The notes beneath the pieces were generated by a model. It did no database searches. It was not told the DNA's origin and saw nothing but the letters and a program-made list of their open reading frames with translations. Both the position numbers and the translations under genes were made by a program. Source: an uncultured Nitrososphaerota archaeon (GTDB lineage: Archaea; Thermoproteota; Nitrososphaeria; Nitrososphaerales; Gagatemarchaeaceae). From it: 64,000 nt of DNA. This document shows, piece by piece, positions 38,710 to 48,489 of this stretch. Location: assembly GCA_963718895.1 (NCBI GenBank), contig CAVRAG010000004.1, positions 160,001-224,000 on the forward strand, in the 5' to 3' direction. Each line of letters begins with the position of its first letter. Position 1 is the stretch's first letter.

Positions 38710-39930
38710 CTACATCCAGCCCAGCTCAGGCTCTGTTTCGCTGACCGCCCGTATGTCCCTCATCACCTGTGACCGGATGGTGGTTGTAGACCTGAATTCG
38801 GAGACTATCTTACCTTCGCGCATTATCTGCTTCAGAAGCGTGGCGGATCCCTTGGGAGGGGTGGTCCCTGCGAGGGCCACTGTGTCCTTGAACGCTTTCC
38901 TCCTGAAGACTTCCTTGCGTCCGCCCAAGCCCCCTCTCTTTGCTCTGAAGCTGCGGACCCCTTTGTCCTGCACTTCCACGATTTTCGCGCTGAAGTCGAT
39001 TACGGGCGGGTAGGCGACGGCGGTCCCGACTCCAAAGCCGTCGACTAGGTCCTGGAGCTGGACTAGGTTCTCTTCATTCAGCCTGCCTGACACGATTATC
39101 TTCACGTCCTTGCCTCCCCTTATGTTCAGTTCCCACCTCACCTCCTCGATGATCTTCCGAAGGTCTCCCCGGCGCGAGCTCGGGGTGTCGATCCTGACGC
39201 CCCAGAGGTTGCGGCCGAGGGTCTCGAACGCCTTGATGGCCTCCGATTTCTCGTCCCAGAAGGTGTCTATGAGCGCTATCCTCGGAATCTCCTTCGCGAT
39301 CGTCCTGTCGAAGAGCAGCCAGGCCTCTGCTTGGTCACCGATGACCTGGACGAGTGCGTGCGGCATCGTTCCGGCGGGCTCAAGCCCCAGAAGCTTCGCA
39401 CCCAGAACGTTCGAGACGCTGTCGAAGCCGCCGATGTAGCATCCTCGCTCGATCAGCGGTGCCAGAGCGGGGTGCGCCCGCCGGGTCCCGAAGCTGATTA
39501 GGGTCTTGTCGCCTGCGGCTGACCTGAAGCGAGCGGCCCTGGTGGAGATACTCGTCGAGGAGGAGATTAGACCCAACAGCGGGTTCTCGTACTCGACGAA
39601 GTCGCGGTATCTGCCGGTTATCGTCATGACCGGCTCGTAGAACGTGGTCTTCCCGTCTGCCAGGAAGATTGAGCCCTCATCGAATGACCAGACGTCGACG
39701 GGGACGCCTTCCAGGAGCTTGGCAACCTCGTAGACTCCAGTGAGCACCCCCCAGATCCCCGGATATGGAAGGTCTCTCGCGAAGACTTCCATCACGACCT
39801 TAGAATCGATATGATTCTTTGCCAGAACCTCCTTTGTGTTTATGAAGTATACATCGGTCGTGCTCGCGTCCTTTATTTCGTTCTCGTCAGCCATCCAGAA
39901 GAGACGATCTGCGAGGTCACGCTGCGTCAT
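38710..39930 (-). CDS. pncB: Nicotinate phosphoribosyltransferase
   Basis: TDVYF, SFGTRR, GTMPH, VRIDT, GFGVGT. Confidence 0.93.
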   Translation of the reverse strand: MTQRDLADRLFWMADENEIKDASTTDVYFINTKEVLAKNHIDSKVVMEVFARDLPYPGIWGVLTGVYEVAKLLEGVPVDVWSFDEGSIFLADGKTTFYEPVMTITGRYRDFVEYENPLLGLISSSTSISTRAARFRSAAGDKTLISFGTRRAHPALAPLIERGCYIGGFDSVSNVLGAKLLGLEPAGTMPHALVQVIGDQAEAWLLFDRTIAKEIPRIALIDTFWDEKSEAIKAFETLGRNLWGVRIDTPSSRRGDLRKIIEEVRWELNIRGGKDVKIIVSGRLNEENLVQLQDLVDGFGVGTAVAYPPVIDFSAKIVEVQDKGVRSFRAKRGGLGGRKEVFRRKAFKDTVALAGTTPPKGSATLLKQIMREGKIVSEFRSTTTIRSQVMRDIRAVSETEPELGWM

Positions 39931-39994
39931 TACTGATTCGGCCGGATTGTCCCACAGTAAAAGTATTTCACGATGAGGGACCGGGTTCACCGCA

Positions 39995-40768
39995 TTGCTA
40001 AGAGCCGCGCTGGACCTCTCCGAGGTCAAGAGGAAGATCACCTACTTCATCAAGAAGAAAGTCGAGGAATCTCAGACCGACGGTGTGCTGGTGGCGCTGG
40101 GTGGCGAGATAGATTCTGCCGTGACGGCATACCTGTGCGTGGAAGCGCTCGGGAGCAGAAGGGTGACGGGGCTGATAATGCCCGACCTGCGGACCGCCGC
40201 CGAGGGGGACATATCGGACGCCAAGCTCGTCGCGAATGAGCTCTGTCTTGAGACCAAACAGTTCGATATCGCTCCAATCCAGAAGTCGTTCATGAAGTCG
40301 CTCGAGAGCAACAAGGCGGCTGAAGAGAAACTCGGCGCAAGAATCAGAATGTCTCTGCTCTACTACCATGCAAACCTGCTCAATCGGCTCGTCGCCGGGA
40401 CCGCCGACAAGTCCGAGATTCTCCTGGGTCACTTCACGAAGTATGGGGACGGAGGCGCGGACATACTTCCCATCGGTGATCTCTACAAGACCGAGGTCAG
40501 GAAGCTCGGGGAAGTCCTAGGGATCAACAGACGGATGGTCGCGAAGAAGAGAAACGCGAACGCTTGGACTTCGCTTGAGAGAGCCGACATGGGTCTGGAC
40601 TATGATACCACGGACCAGATACTCAAGCTGAGAGTCGACCGGGGTCTCGATCCTGCGACCATATCCGCCATGATCAGAAGGAGCAGGGCGAAGGTCGAAG
40701 GCATCATCGAGAAATACGAGTCGTCAGTTCACAAGAGAGAAGTCCCCGAAATCTGCAGTATGAGCTGA
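39995..40768 (+). CDS. nadE: NAD+ synthetase-like protein with degenerate PP-loop
   Basis: ARIRM, GTADKSE, FTKYGDGG, DLYKTEV retained; SGGxDS reads GGEIDS. Confidence 0.8.
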   Translation: MLRAALDLSEVKRKITYFIKKKVEESQTDGVLVALGGEIDSAVTAYLCVEALGSRRVTGLIMPDLRTAAEGDISDAKLVANELCLETKQFDIAPIQKSFMKSLESNKAAEEKLGARIRMSLLYYHANLLNRLVAGTADKSEILLGHFTKYGDGGADILPIGDLYKTEVRKLGEVLGINRRMVAKKRNANAWTSLERADMGLDYDTTDQILKLRVDRGLDPATISAMIRRSRAKVEGIIEKYESSVHKREVPEICSMS

Positions 40769-40780
40769 GCAAAGGAAGAG

Positions 40781-40814
40781 GTGGACCGGGGGAATACGCC
40801 GCATTGATGCTCCT
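40781..40814. repeat. att-like copy of the tRNA-Ala 3' end (distal)
   Basis: GTGGACCGGGGG matches the tRNA 3' end at 44689-44700; the next 22 nt are 17/22 identical to the second copy. Confidence 0.75.
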
Positions 40815-40968
40815 CAAAACGATTCCAGAATCATGAATCCATAGAGATTCTAATGCTCGGAGAAAACTATAAGTCAAGAACATAGGTTCCAGACAACGAT
40901 GTAGTACGACTCATCAGGGGACCGCAGCCGGAAGAACCGCCATACTGCTTTCCACTGTATCAGTCGTC

Positions 40969-42186
40969 TTGGTGGGACTGCTGGCGGTCACTGTCGCACC
41001 CCCTTCGGTCAGCGCGGTTTCGCCGCCGTCGCAATCCTGCTCCAAGTATCCGTCCAGTCCGGTTCTGAACGACTCCGGGGCGTACCCCAGCTACTTCTCG
41101 AACACCACCCTCATCAACTACGCGACCCACTTCGAGTACCCCTCGGTTCTCAAGGTGGGCGCGACGTACGAGATGTGGTTCAGCGGGGCCGTGGACAATG
41201 TGTCAGGGATCTTCACTGCGAGTTCCTCCGATGGGGTCGCCTGGTCTGTGAGGAGCACTCCGGTGCTGACTACCGGAGCAAACGGGACGTGGGATTCGAG
41301 TTCTGTCTACTCTCCTGACGTGATATGGAACGGTTCGACGTATCTGATGTACTACACGGGCACAGGAAACGGTCCGAACCAGTTCCGACAGGTAGGGTTG
41401 GCTACCTCGAGCGACATGATACACTGGCAGAAGTATCAAGGCAATCCCATCATCGTCCACGGTCCGGGTACTTACGACTCGTTCTACACGAGATACGCCG
41501 CTGTGCTGTACGACCCTCCAATCTATCGGATGTGGTACACCGGCCAGTCGCTCCTCAACTCCTCGAAGGCTCCCAGCTTCTACATCGCCGTTGACTACGC
41601 GACTTCGACCGACGGCGTCCACTGGGTGAAGTCGGACGCCAATCCAGTCTACGGCGGCGGAGCGAACTGGGGAAGCTACTTCTTCGAGCACCCGTCGGTC
41701 GTCAAGATCAACGGCACCTTCATTATGGCCGGCGACGACGGCTATCAGATAGCCTACGTCACCTCCCAGGACGGCATTCGCTGGGGAGGTTACGGTCAGG
41801 TGCTCGTCAGTCCTTCAGCGGAAGGGTGGGACAATGGGTCCGTGCTGTACCCGAGCCTCCTTGTCCAAGGTTCGAGCGTGATGATCTGGTACACCGGGGA
41901 AAGGCAGACGCCTCACGAGGGATACTTCGACGGAATAGGACTCGTATCTTGTCCGCTCGTAATCGCCCAAGCGACGATCACATCGACGGTGACCGGACCC
42001 ACGATGACTGTCACCAGCACCCAGACCGTGAGCTACTATCCACCGACGACACCCATCTCCTCATCGGTACCTATGTGGGCCTATGCACTAATGGCGGTCT
42101 CCTTAGTCGTCGGACTTGCAGCAGGTTACCTCATCAAGAGACCAACCACTGGGACAAGAGCCAATGGTCATGCTTCCTCTGTGTAA
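40969..42186 (+). CDS. Secreted five-bladed beta-propeller glycosidase-like (GH43/32/130-like) protein with Thr linker and C-terminal TM anchor; natural start probably ATG 40899 with a +1 indel
   Basis: Repeated PSV....Y.MWY.G...ATS.DG..W blades; VPMWAY-TM-KRP tail. Confidence 0.8.
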   Translation: MVGLLAVTVAPPSVSAVSPPSQSCSKYPSSPVLNDSGAYPSYFSNTTLINYATHFEYPSVLKVGATYEMWFSGAVDNVSGIFTASSSDGVAWSVRSTPVLTTGANGTWDSSSVYSPDVIWNGSTYLMYYTGTGNGPNQFRQVGLATSSDMIHWQKYQGNPIIVHGPGTYDSFYTRYAAVLYDPPIYRMWYTGQSLLNSSKAPSFYIAVDYATSTDGVHWVKSDANPVYGGGANWGSYFFEHPSVVKINGTFIMAGDDGYQIAYVTSQDGIRWGGYGQVLVSPSAEGWDNGSVLYPSLLVQGSSVMIWYTGERQTPHEGYFDGIGLVSCPLVIAQATITSTVTGPTMTVTSTQTVSYYPPTTPISSSVPMWAYALMAVSLVVGLAAGYLIKRPTTGTRANGHASSV

Positions 42187-42341
42187 CGAGAGAAGCCGCC
42201 CCTTTTGATCAATGATCTTGTCCGAAACAGATTGGTTACATGATATTCCTTCCTTCAACCACTCTAATCGAGTCACTTTAACCCGGATACCTGTGAATAC
42301 ATCCTGTCTTATCCTAAATAGCGTAAATGAGGTATTTTAAA

Positions 42342-42376
42342 GTGGACCGGGGGGAATGCGCTGCGTTATTGCTCCT
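42342..42376. repeat. att-like copy of the tRNA-Ala 3' end (internal)
   Basis: AAGTGGACCGGGGGG identical to the tRNA 3' end and flank. Confidence 0.75.
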
Positions 42377-42433
42377 GGAAAGGGATACGAAATCCCTGAA
42401 TCCCACCTATGCCCTTGGTCGGCATTCGAGATC

Positions 42434-43702
42434 CTAGCAGAACGAAGATGCGGTGTCGTTTTGTGGAGAGAGCACGTAGACGCAACCGTTTTGCGGGACG
42501 TACGCCATGGTTGTAGAAAGTGGCGGGTCCTGATATGGCGCGCTTGGGACACTCCCAAAGCCGATTATCTCGTTGGCAGGGCTGATGATGAAAAGCCGAG
42601 CGCCAGAGAAGATCATCCAGCCCTGTTTCGCATCGTAGACTCCGCCAGAAGCGGCTGCCTTGATGGTCGCGACGACCTCGTTCGACTTGTCTATCACGGT
42701 TATGGTGCCGGATCCGAGGTTCGAGACGTACAGGTCGCCGTTTTGTGGGTTGAAACTGACAGTCCAATCCCCGTTGCCTGTATCCGCAGACCCAACTTCC
42801 TTTGTGCCGTTCAGGGCTGTTATTCCTCCCTGCAGGGAAACCACATACATGTATCCGTTAGCCGGGTCGAACTGCAGAAGCTCAGGAACCCCCATCTTAA
42901 GAAATCCTGAAATCGAGTCGTTGGCCGAGATGAGGTACACACCGCTGTTCATGCCTGAGGCATAGATCTCCCCCAGGGGAGGGTCGTAGGCCAAGCCACC
43001 AACATCATCCACCGTGATGTTGGCCACGATCTTGTTCGCACTATCCAGGGCGAGGACGTAGTTCGTGCCTTGCAATCCGACGTAGGTCTCGTTGTTGGCG
43101 GGGTCGAACTGCATCAGCGGGGCTCCCCCGATGGACATGCTGACGTTCACGCTTCCGACGACTTCGTAGGGCTCGTCCAGCGCGACCGCGAGCACAGCGG
43201 TGTTGCAGCAAGACTTTGGTGAGGGAGGCGTCGTCGAGACGTAGATCTCGTGGTTCGCTGGGTCGTAGGCGAGCGAGTGGTCATTCGTCGTTGTAGGTCC
43301 GAGGTAGATGCTCTCCAGAATCGTATTGGTGGTCGCGTTCAGGACGTAGAGGTTCGTCGCGAAGGGCGTCTTGCTCATGTCTGTGGCAACTATCAGGACG
43401 AACTTGTTGACCGGGTCGTACGCGATGGCCTGGGGCTCTTCCCCAATCGGGATCGTGAAGTTAGGGTCGACCGAGGGCGGAACCGAGCTTGAGGTCGAAG
43501 TGCTGTAAGAGATCGAGGTGGTGGAGGCGGAGATTGATGACGTCGTACTGATTTCTGACGAACTGGACTGGCTAGTCGTCTGGACGGTCTTCTGGTTCTG
43601 CAGTGGCGAGAGGTAGATCACGGCACCTATTGCGAGTATGATGAGGACTCCGGCGACAGAAGCCACTATTGTCCTGTTGCGGTAGTTCGATGCCGGCTTC
43701 AA
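42434..43702 (-). CDS. Membrane-anchored YncE/YVTN-like beta-propeller protein
   Basis: N-terminal TM, Ser/Thr linker, repeated AYDP.N..IYV blades. Confidence 0.85.
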   Translation of the reverse strand: MKPASNYRNRTIVASVAGVLIILAIGAVIYLSPLQNQKTVQTTSQSSSSEISTTSSISASTTSISYSTSTSSSVPPSVDPNFTIPIGEEPQAIAYDPVNKFVLIVATDMSKTPFATNLYVLNATTNTILESIYLGPTTTNDHSLAYDPANHEIYVSTTPPSPKSCCNTAVLAVALDEPYEVVGSVNVSMSIGGAPLMQFDPANNETYVGLQGTNYVLALDSANKIVANITVDDVGGLAYDPPLGEIYASGMNSGVYLISANDSISGFLKMGVPELLQFDPANGYMYVVSLQGGITALNGTKEVGSADTGNGDWTVSFNPQNGDLYVSNLGSGTITVIDKSNEVVATIKAAASGGVYDAKQGWMIFSGARLFIISPANEIIGFGSVPSAPYQDPPLSTTMAYVPQNGCVYVLSPQNDTASSFC

Positions 43703-43837
43703 TTCTAGTAGATATCAGGATTCGGGCGCATTTAGTGCTATGGTTTGTCACTCGCATACTAAAGATTAGTATGCTCATTCTAATGGCAAGACTGAGGTAC
43801 TAATTTATGGCAGGCACCTCAACGCAGCACGACGTCC

Positions 43838-44260
43838 TTGAGCGAAGACAAGGCTTTCGAGTTGGCCGGGACCACTCTCAAGGTCTATCGCTACATGTAC
43901 AGGGCCGGTCGGCCGCTAGGCATTCATGAAGTTCAACAGGGCCTCCACTTCAGTTCGCCCTCCGTCGCTCAATACCACGTCAAGAAGCTGGAGAACGCCG
44001 GCCTGGTGACCAGGGATGATTACGCCCGCTACTTCGTTGATCGCATCGTGTTCGAGAATATGATTCGGGTCAGACGTTCGTTGATTCCCCTTCAGACGGC
44101 ATACGCGCTGTCATTCGCCACTGGATTTGTCTTGTTGTTGATCCTCTTCAGACCTCCGGTCATCTCCAGTGGCTACTTCTTTGCGCTAATCATGATAGGG
44201 CTTGCGTGTGGGGTGTTCAGTTATGAAGCGCTCAAGGCGTCGAAGGAAGCAGCCATCTGA
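43838..44260 (+). CDS. Winged-HTH regulator with two C-terminal TM helices
   Basis: GTTLKVYRY, LGIHEVQQGLHFSSPSVAQYHVKKLENAGLV, two hydrophobic helices. Confidence 0.85.
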   Translation: MSEDKAFELAGTTLKVYRYMYRAGRPLGIHEVQQGLHFSSPSVAQYHVKKLENAGLVTRDDYARYFVDRIVFENMIRVRRSLIPLQTAYALSFATGFVLLLILFRPPVISSGYFFALIMIGLACGVFSYEALKASKEAAI

Positions 44261-44349
44261 CCGCCGATGAACTTCAGCATCTAATCTCGTGCTCGTAGAG
44301 CCTTTCCCCACACGAGGGAGTATGACGCATGTCTTCGCAAGACATTGCG

Positions 44350-44644
44350 GCCCTAAGCTGAAGAGGCGAGTGTGCGGCCCCTGCCATCTTCGTTCCTGGA
44401 CCTTCTGCTTCATGCGCAGCATGTACTCCAGGATGAACCCCTAAGCCCACTGCGGGTCGGCCTTCGCCCTCCCCACGAACTCGTCGCAGGAGAGGTCGAC
44501 GTCCCGGAAGAAGAAGGCGAGCATCCTCTCGTAGTGGTCAAGGGAGAGCGGGCTCTTGATCGCCTCGCGAAGGTTCTGGATGTACTTCCCTTCGAGGATT
44601 GAACGGTCCTCCCTCTTTCTTCCTGCGGCGGACATGAATAACAC
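44350..44644 (-). pseudogene. N-terminal remnant of a thaumarchaeal-type tyrosine integrase (in-frame TAG at 44441, then frameshift/truncation)
   Basis: IKSPLSLDHYERMLAFFF...FVGRAKADPQWA*GFILEYMLRMKQKVQE resembles the N-domain of archaeal integrases; abuts the tRNA 3' end. Confidence 0.6.
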
Positions 44645-44689
44645 AGTCGCCCGAGTATTTAAAAACCAATTTGAGGAGCAAAAATGAAG

Positions 44690-44763
44690 TGGACCGGGGG
44701 GGATTTGAACCCCCGACCTCCTCCGTGCGAGGGAGGCATTCTACCAGATTGAACTACCGGCCC
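44690..44763 (-). tRNA. tRNA-Ala(CGC)
   Basis: GGGCCGG acceptor with G3:U70, anticodon arm CCTCC-CTCGCAC-GGAGG, GGTTCAAATCC. Confidence 0.96.
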
Positions 44764-44875
44764 ACCGATGGAGACCCGATTGAAATGGCGTATTTAATGT
44801 AACGTGGATGACAGCTCCCGACGTCCAACATGATTCTTCTAGAAGATTTCTCCTGCTCGACTTAAGAAAGGACAG

Positions 44876-45739
44876 ATGTCGCCCCCGACCGAAATGAAAG
44901 CGTCCCAGGTGGCCGTGTCTCGACACTCGGTCGATTCAGTGTTCCCTCGCATCCTCGACAGGCGATACGCTGTCGTGAGGCCAAACTTCCCGCTCATCAC
45001 GGTGCTGTACCTGCTCAAACTCCAGGAGCTGGCGGCGGTGCCTCTCACCTCGGACAACAGGAACGAGAGCAGAGCGGTATTCGGGTTCTCGTGCCTGGAA
45101 CAGATGGTCAAGATGGGTCCCGAGCGCTTCGCTTCCTTCCTGCAGGAACCGTGCGAGAGGGCCGCGAACCAGCTCAACTTCCTGACTACCGACAGGGACC
45201 TCGGAGACCTCTTGGATTCCTTCAGTACCCGCCGCACCGGTTTCGTGGTCGTGCGGGCACCCGATTCGAACGGAAGGCGGAGCCTTGTGACGCTGGCTGA
45301 CGTCCTCAAGCTCTACGCAAACAGGACGATCAGGACCGACCTGATGACCCAAGACGTCGCGAGCTCCATCTTCCCCATGCCGGGGAGCGCGTCGGTGCGT
45401 GAGGCTCTCCAGGCGATGCTCGATCACCATTACAGGCGAGTCTTCGTCTCCGAAGACGGGTGCTACATCTCTGACCGAACCATCATGGATCACATCCTCG
45501 ACCCTTGGGCGCTTGCCGAGCTTCAGGAAGATCCTCGGCAGGACTCCCTCGCCACGCCGATAGACGAACTCTGGAGCGTCTCACCGATTCCCGTTGGCCC
45601 GCGCGTGAACCTCAGGGATGCGGCGATGAAGCTCCGAGAACATCGGGGCGGGTGTCTTGTCACGCAAGGAGGCAAGGTCATCACCCCGTGGGACCTCGTG
45701 ATGAAGCCTTGGCTCTCCGGCGAGCTGGTCATCGCCTAG
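44876..45739 (+). CDS. CBS-domain protein
   Basis: VTLADVL, ASVREALQAM...RRVFV, VITPWDLV. Confidence 0.8.
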   Translation: MSPPTEMKASQVAVSRHSVDSVFPRILDRRYAVVRPNFPLITVLYLLKLQELAAVPLTSDNRNESRAVFGFSCLEQMVKMGPERFASFLQEPCERAANQLNFLTTDRDLGDLLDSFSTRRTGFVVVRAPDSNGRRSLVTLADVLKLYANRTIRTDLMTQDVASSIFPMPGSASVREALQAMLDHHYRRVFVSEDGCYISDRTIMDHILDPWALAELQEDPRQDSLATPIDELWSVSPIPVGPRVNLRDAAMKLREHRGGCLVTQGGKVITPWDLVMKPWLSGELVIA

Positions 45740-45773
45740 GGGCAGACAGCGCTCTACAGGATGGAGTATGAGA

Positions 45774-46310
45774 CTAGGAGGCCTTCGGCTTCCGAGACAG
45801 CTTCGTACCGCAGACGTCACAGATCGTCGCTTTCGAATCGGAGTACTCCTTCCCGCAGCCCTTGCAGTATGTAATCCAAGTAATCTGCTTCCACTCCCCC
45901 CTCACATTAGTCTCGGAGAGGCCGACCCCGAGAACCTCAGCGACGTTCCGGACCGCGAAATCGTCGGTGACCAGGGTGACGTCGCCGCCCGCCGACGCCA
46001 GGTCTAGGCTCACGGCCAGTATCGACGCGTCTGCCTCGGAGAGTGACTTCAGGTCCCCCGTCTTCGCAGAGACCTGTTTGACCTTCTGCAGAGACTCCTT
46101 CGAAGGCTCCGTCACCTGGACCCTAGAGTGAATCAGCTGCGCCCCGATTCCCCTGCTCCCGACCTCGTCCATCACGTGATAGGTCGTGTAGTACCGCCCG
46201 GTTCCCTGGAAGGGTATGCCCCTGAAAAAGGCCGTCGAGTCAAGAACGTGAATTTTTTCGCTCAAAACTTTAGTTTCACTTTCACATGGCGTCTTGGAAT
46301 CTGGAGGCAT
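45774..46310 (-). CDS. nob1: NOB1-family PIN endonuclease with zinc ribbon (start uncertain)
   Basis: VLDSTAF, VMDEV, LSEADASILA, TDDFAVRNVA, CKGC...CDVCG. Confidence 0.9.
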   Translation of the reverse strand: MPPDSKTPCESETKVLSEKIHVLDSTAFFRGIPFQGTGRYYTTYHVMDEVGSRGIGAQLIHSRVQVTEPSKESLQKVKQVSAKTGDLKSLSEADASILAVSLDLASAGGDVTLVTDDFAVRNVAEVLGVGLSETNVRGEWKQITWITYCKGCGKEYSDSKATICDVCGTKLSRKPKAS

Positions 46311-46644
46311 TCATTAAGGAAAAGTCCTCATTCTAGCTGGTCATCTTCACTTCTGAAGCAGGCGTTGGTTCCGCATTGCGCGCTACTAAAGCCTTCGCGC
46401 CTTGGAATAATATACGATTCGGTTGCGGTTTGTCCATCGGGTTGGTTCTGTTAGGTTGACAGGTGGGATGCTCGCAGAAGATAAGGCGAAGGAAGGCCGC
46501 TTCTATCGGCATGTAAGCAGCGTTGGACCTGCATGAGAGATTGATACAGTGCGTCCTGAAGGACGGCCCTGGGAAGATAGTGGGCTTGGAAACCTCGGGT
46601 TCAAGCCTTAATTACTGAGAAATGAAAAGTCAGGGGTCAGTAAA

Positions 46645-47046
46645 ATGAGCAGGCCAGCAGACCTCGGTAGTTTGAAGGAAGGGAGCTATATCATCATCGA
46701 CGGTGAGCCCTGCAAAACTGTAGAGGTTGAGAAGAGCAAACCGGGGAAGCACGGTAGCGCCAAGGTCAGGCTGACGGCCATCTCTGTTTTCACAGGTTCG
46801 AAGAAGACCATCATTGGCACGGTAGACACCCACATCGAGGTGCCCATGATAGACAAGAGGTCGGCGCAGATCGTATCGACCACTCCGACGAGCGTCCAGC
46901 TCATGGACCTCGGGACCTTTGAGGTCACCGAGAGTCCCATCCCGACCGAACCCGAACTCCAGGGGAAGCTTGTGGCGGGGACAGAAGTGGAGGTCTGGGT
47001 CGTTCTAGGAAAGAGCAAGATAATGCGCGTCAAAGGCTCTGGCTAG
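46645..47046 (+). CDS. eif5a: Translation factor aIF-5A
   Basis: KSKPGKHGSAK hypusine motif. Confidence 0.96.
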   Translation: MSRPADLGSLKEGSYIIIDGEPCKTVEVEKSKPGKHGSAKVRLTAISVFTGSKKTIIGTVDTHIEVPMIDKRSAQIVSTTPTSVQLMDLGTFEVTESPIPTEPELQGKLVAGTEVEVWVVLGKSKIMRVKGSG

Positions 47047-47241
47047 TCTCGTTCGTGGTCTATCCGTATCGGATTTCTTCATCGTAGTACTCAGACGGCT
47101 CTTCCGATTTGTCATCTAGACCAAAGGACTCCCGGACGCCTGGTGTTTATCCTTGTCCACTAGTTCGAACGTACCGACTGAGAAAGACGGCGAACACGTG
47201 GTTCACCAAGGATAAATATCCAAAGGAAAGCCGCGGGTTTC

Positions 47242-48489
47242 ATGATGACCAGACGAAGGGGCTCTGCGCTAGGTCTCAGTATGGTGACCATCGCCGTGCT
47301 CATCTTAATCATAGCCGGACTGTTCGTCTACTACAACTCTTCGGTCGGCTCTCGGGTAAACTCGGACAGCTCAACCATAAGCACCCTTCAGAACGAGGTG
47401 CGAACGCAGCAGAGCGTGATAAACAGTCTGGAGAACCAGCCGGCAGGCTCCGGTGGCCAGGGGAACCTCTCGATCAACGGGATAAGCCCTGTGGCCATCT
47501 ACGACGCGGCAAACCGGAGCGTCGTGACAATTCAGGGAGACGAGGTCACGAGCGTAGGCACGGTCTTTGGGACCCAGAGTCAGGTCTCCACGATCCTAGG
47601 GTCGGGCATCGTCACCTCTTACCTGAACAGCACATACATCGTAACGAACTATCATGTGGTCAACGGCGTGAGCAACATCACCGTCACGTTCTCAGACGGA
47701 GACGCGTATCCTGCCAGCGTCATCGGGACCGACCCCTACAGCGATATCGCGATTGTGACGGTAAACGCTCCGTCTTCGGAGTTCGCACCGCTGAGAATCA
47801 TATCATCGTCGGGGATTGTGGTCGGCCAGCCGGTCGTCGCAATAGGTAACCCCTACGGCCTTTCAGGGTCAATGACCTTCGGCATCATAAGCCAGCTTGG
47901 GAGGACGATAACCGAGGCTACCACAGGTCAGTTCTCCATCTCCGGAATCATCCAGTTCAGCGCGCCAATCAACCCGGGCAACTCCGGCGGTCCGCTACTG
48001 AACGCGAACGGTATGGTAATCGGGATAACGACTGCGACCGTGAACGGCTCCCAGGGTCTGGGATTCGCGATACCCTCGAGCACGATCCTCGAAGAGATGC
48101 CGGCCCTGATAAGCACCGGGCACTACAACATGCACTCCTATCTTGGAATAGGCGGGGTGGACATGAACTATCAACTTGCCCAGGCATCCGGCACCAACGT
48201 GACCTACGGGGTCTTGGTCGAGAGCATCGTGAGCGGCGGGCCCGCGGCCACGGCAGGGTTGAAGGTGGGCACCAAGACAGTCACCGTCTCTGGTCAACAG
48301 TACCTGGTAGGAGGGGATATCATCGTGTCAATCAACGGGACCAGAATCATAAACCAGGACGCACTCTCAACGTATCTCCAACAGAACACAGTCTCGGGCC
48401 AGACGGTTCAGATAGGGATAATCAGGGCGGGTACGCCCTCTACCGTGACCCTCATCCTGGGGCAGAGGCCGCCTCCCCCCACCGGCTAG
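47242..48489 (+). CDS. HtrA/DegP-like trypsin protease with PDZ domain, membrane-anchored
   Basis: TNYHVV, SDIA, GNPYGL, INPGNSGGPL, PDZ GDII. Confidence 0.93.
   Translation: MMTRRRGSALGLSMVTIAVLILIIAGLFVYYNSSVGSRVNSDSSTISTLQNEVRTQQSVINSLENQPAGSGGQGNLSINGISPVAIYDAANRSVVTIQGDEVTSVGTVFGTQSQVSTILGSGIVTSYLNSTYIVTNYHVVNGVSNITVTFSDGDAYPASVIGTDPYSDIAIVTVNAPSSEFAPLRIISSSGIVVGQPVVAIGNPYGLSGSMTFGIISQLGRTITEATTGQFSISGIIQFSAPINPGNSGGPLLNANGMVIGITTATVNGSQGLGFAIPSSTILEEMPALISTGHYNMHSYLGIGGVDMNYQLAQASGTNVTYGVLVESIVSGGPAATAGLKVGTKTVTVSGQQYLVGGDIIVSINGTRIINQDALSTYLQQNTVSGQTVQIGIIRAGTPSTVTLILGQRPPPPTG

Larger units (their letters stand above)
40781..44700. mobile_element. Decayed tRNA-Ala-integrated island (about 3.9 kb) with surface-protein cargo and integrase remnant
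   Basis: att repeats at 40781 and 42342, integrase fragment next to the tRNA, 11-bp inverted repeat just inside both ends, AT-richer spacers. Confidence 0.7.

Noticed and set aside
44441-44443. In-frame TAG in the integrase remnant as pyrrolysine or read-through
   Set aside because: The gene is also frameshifted and truncated shortly after, so it is a simple pseudogene
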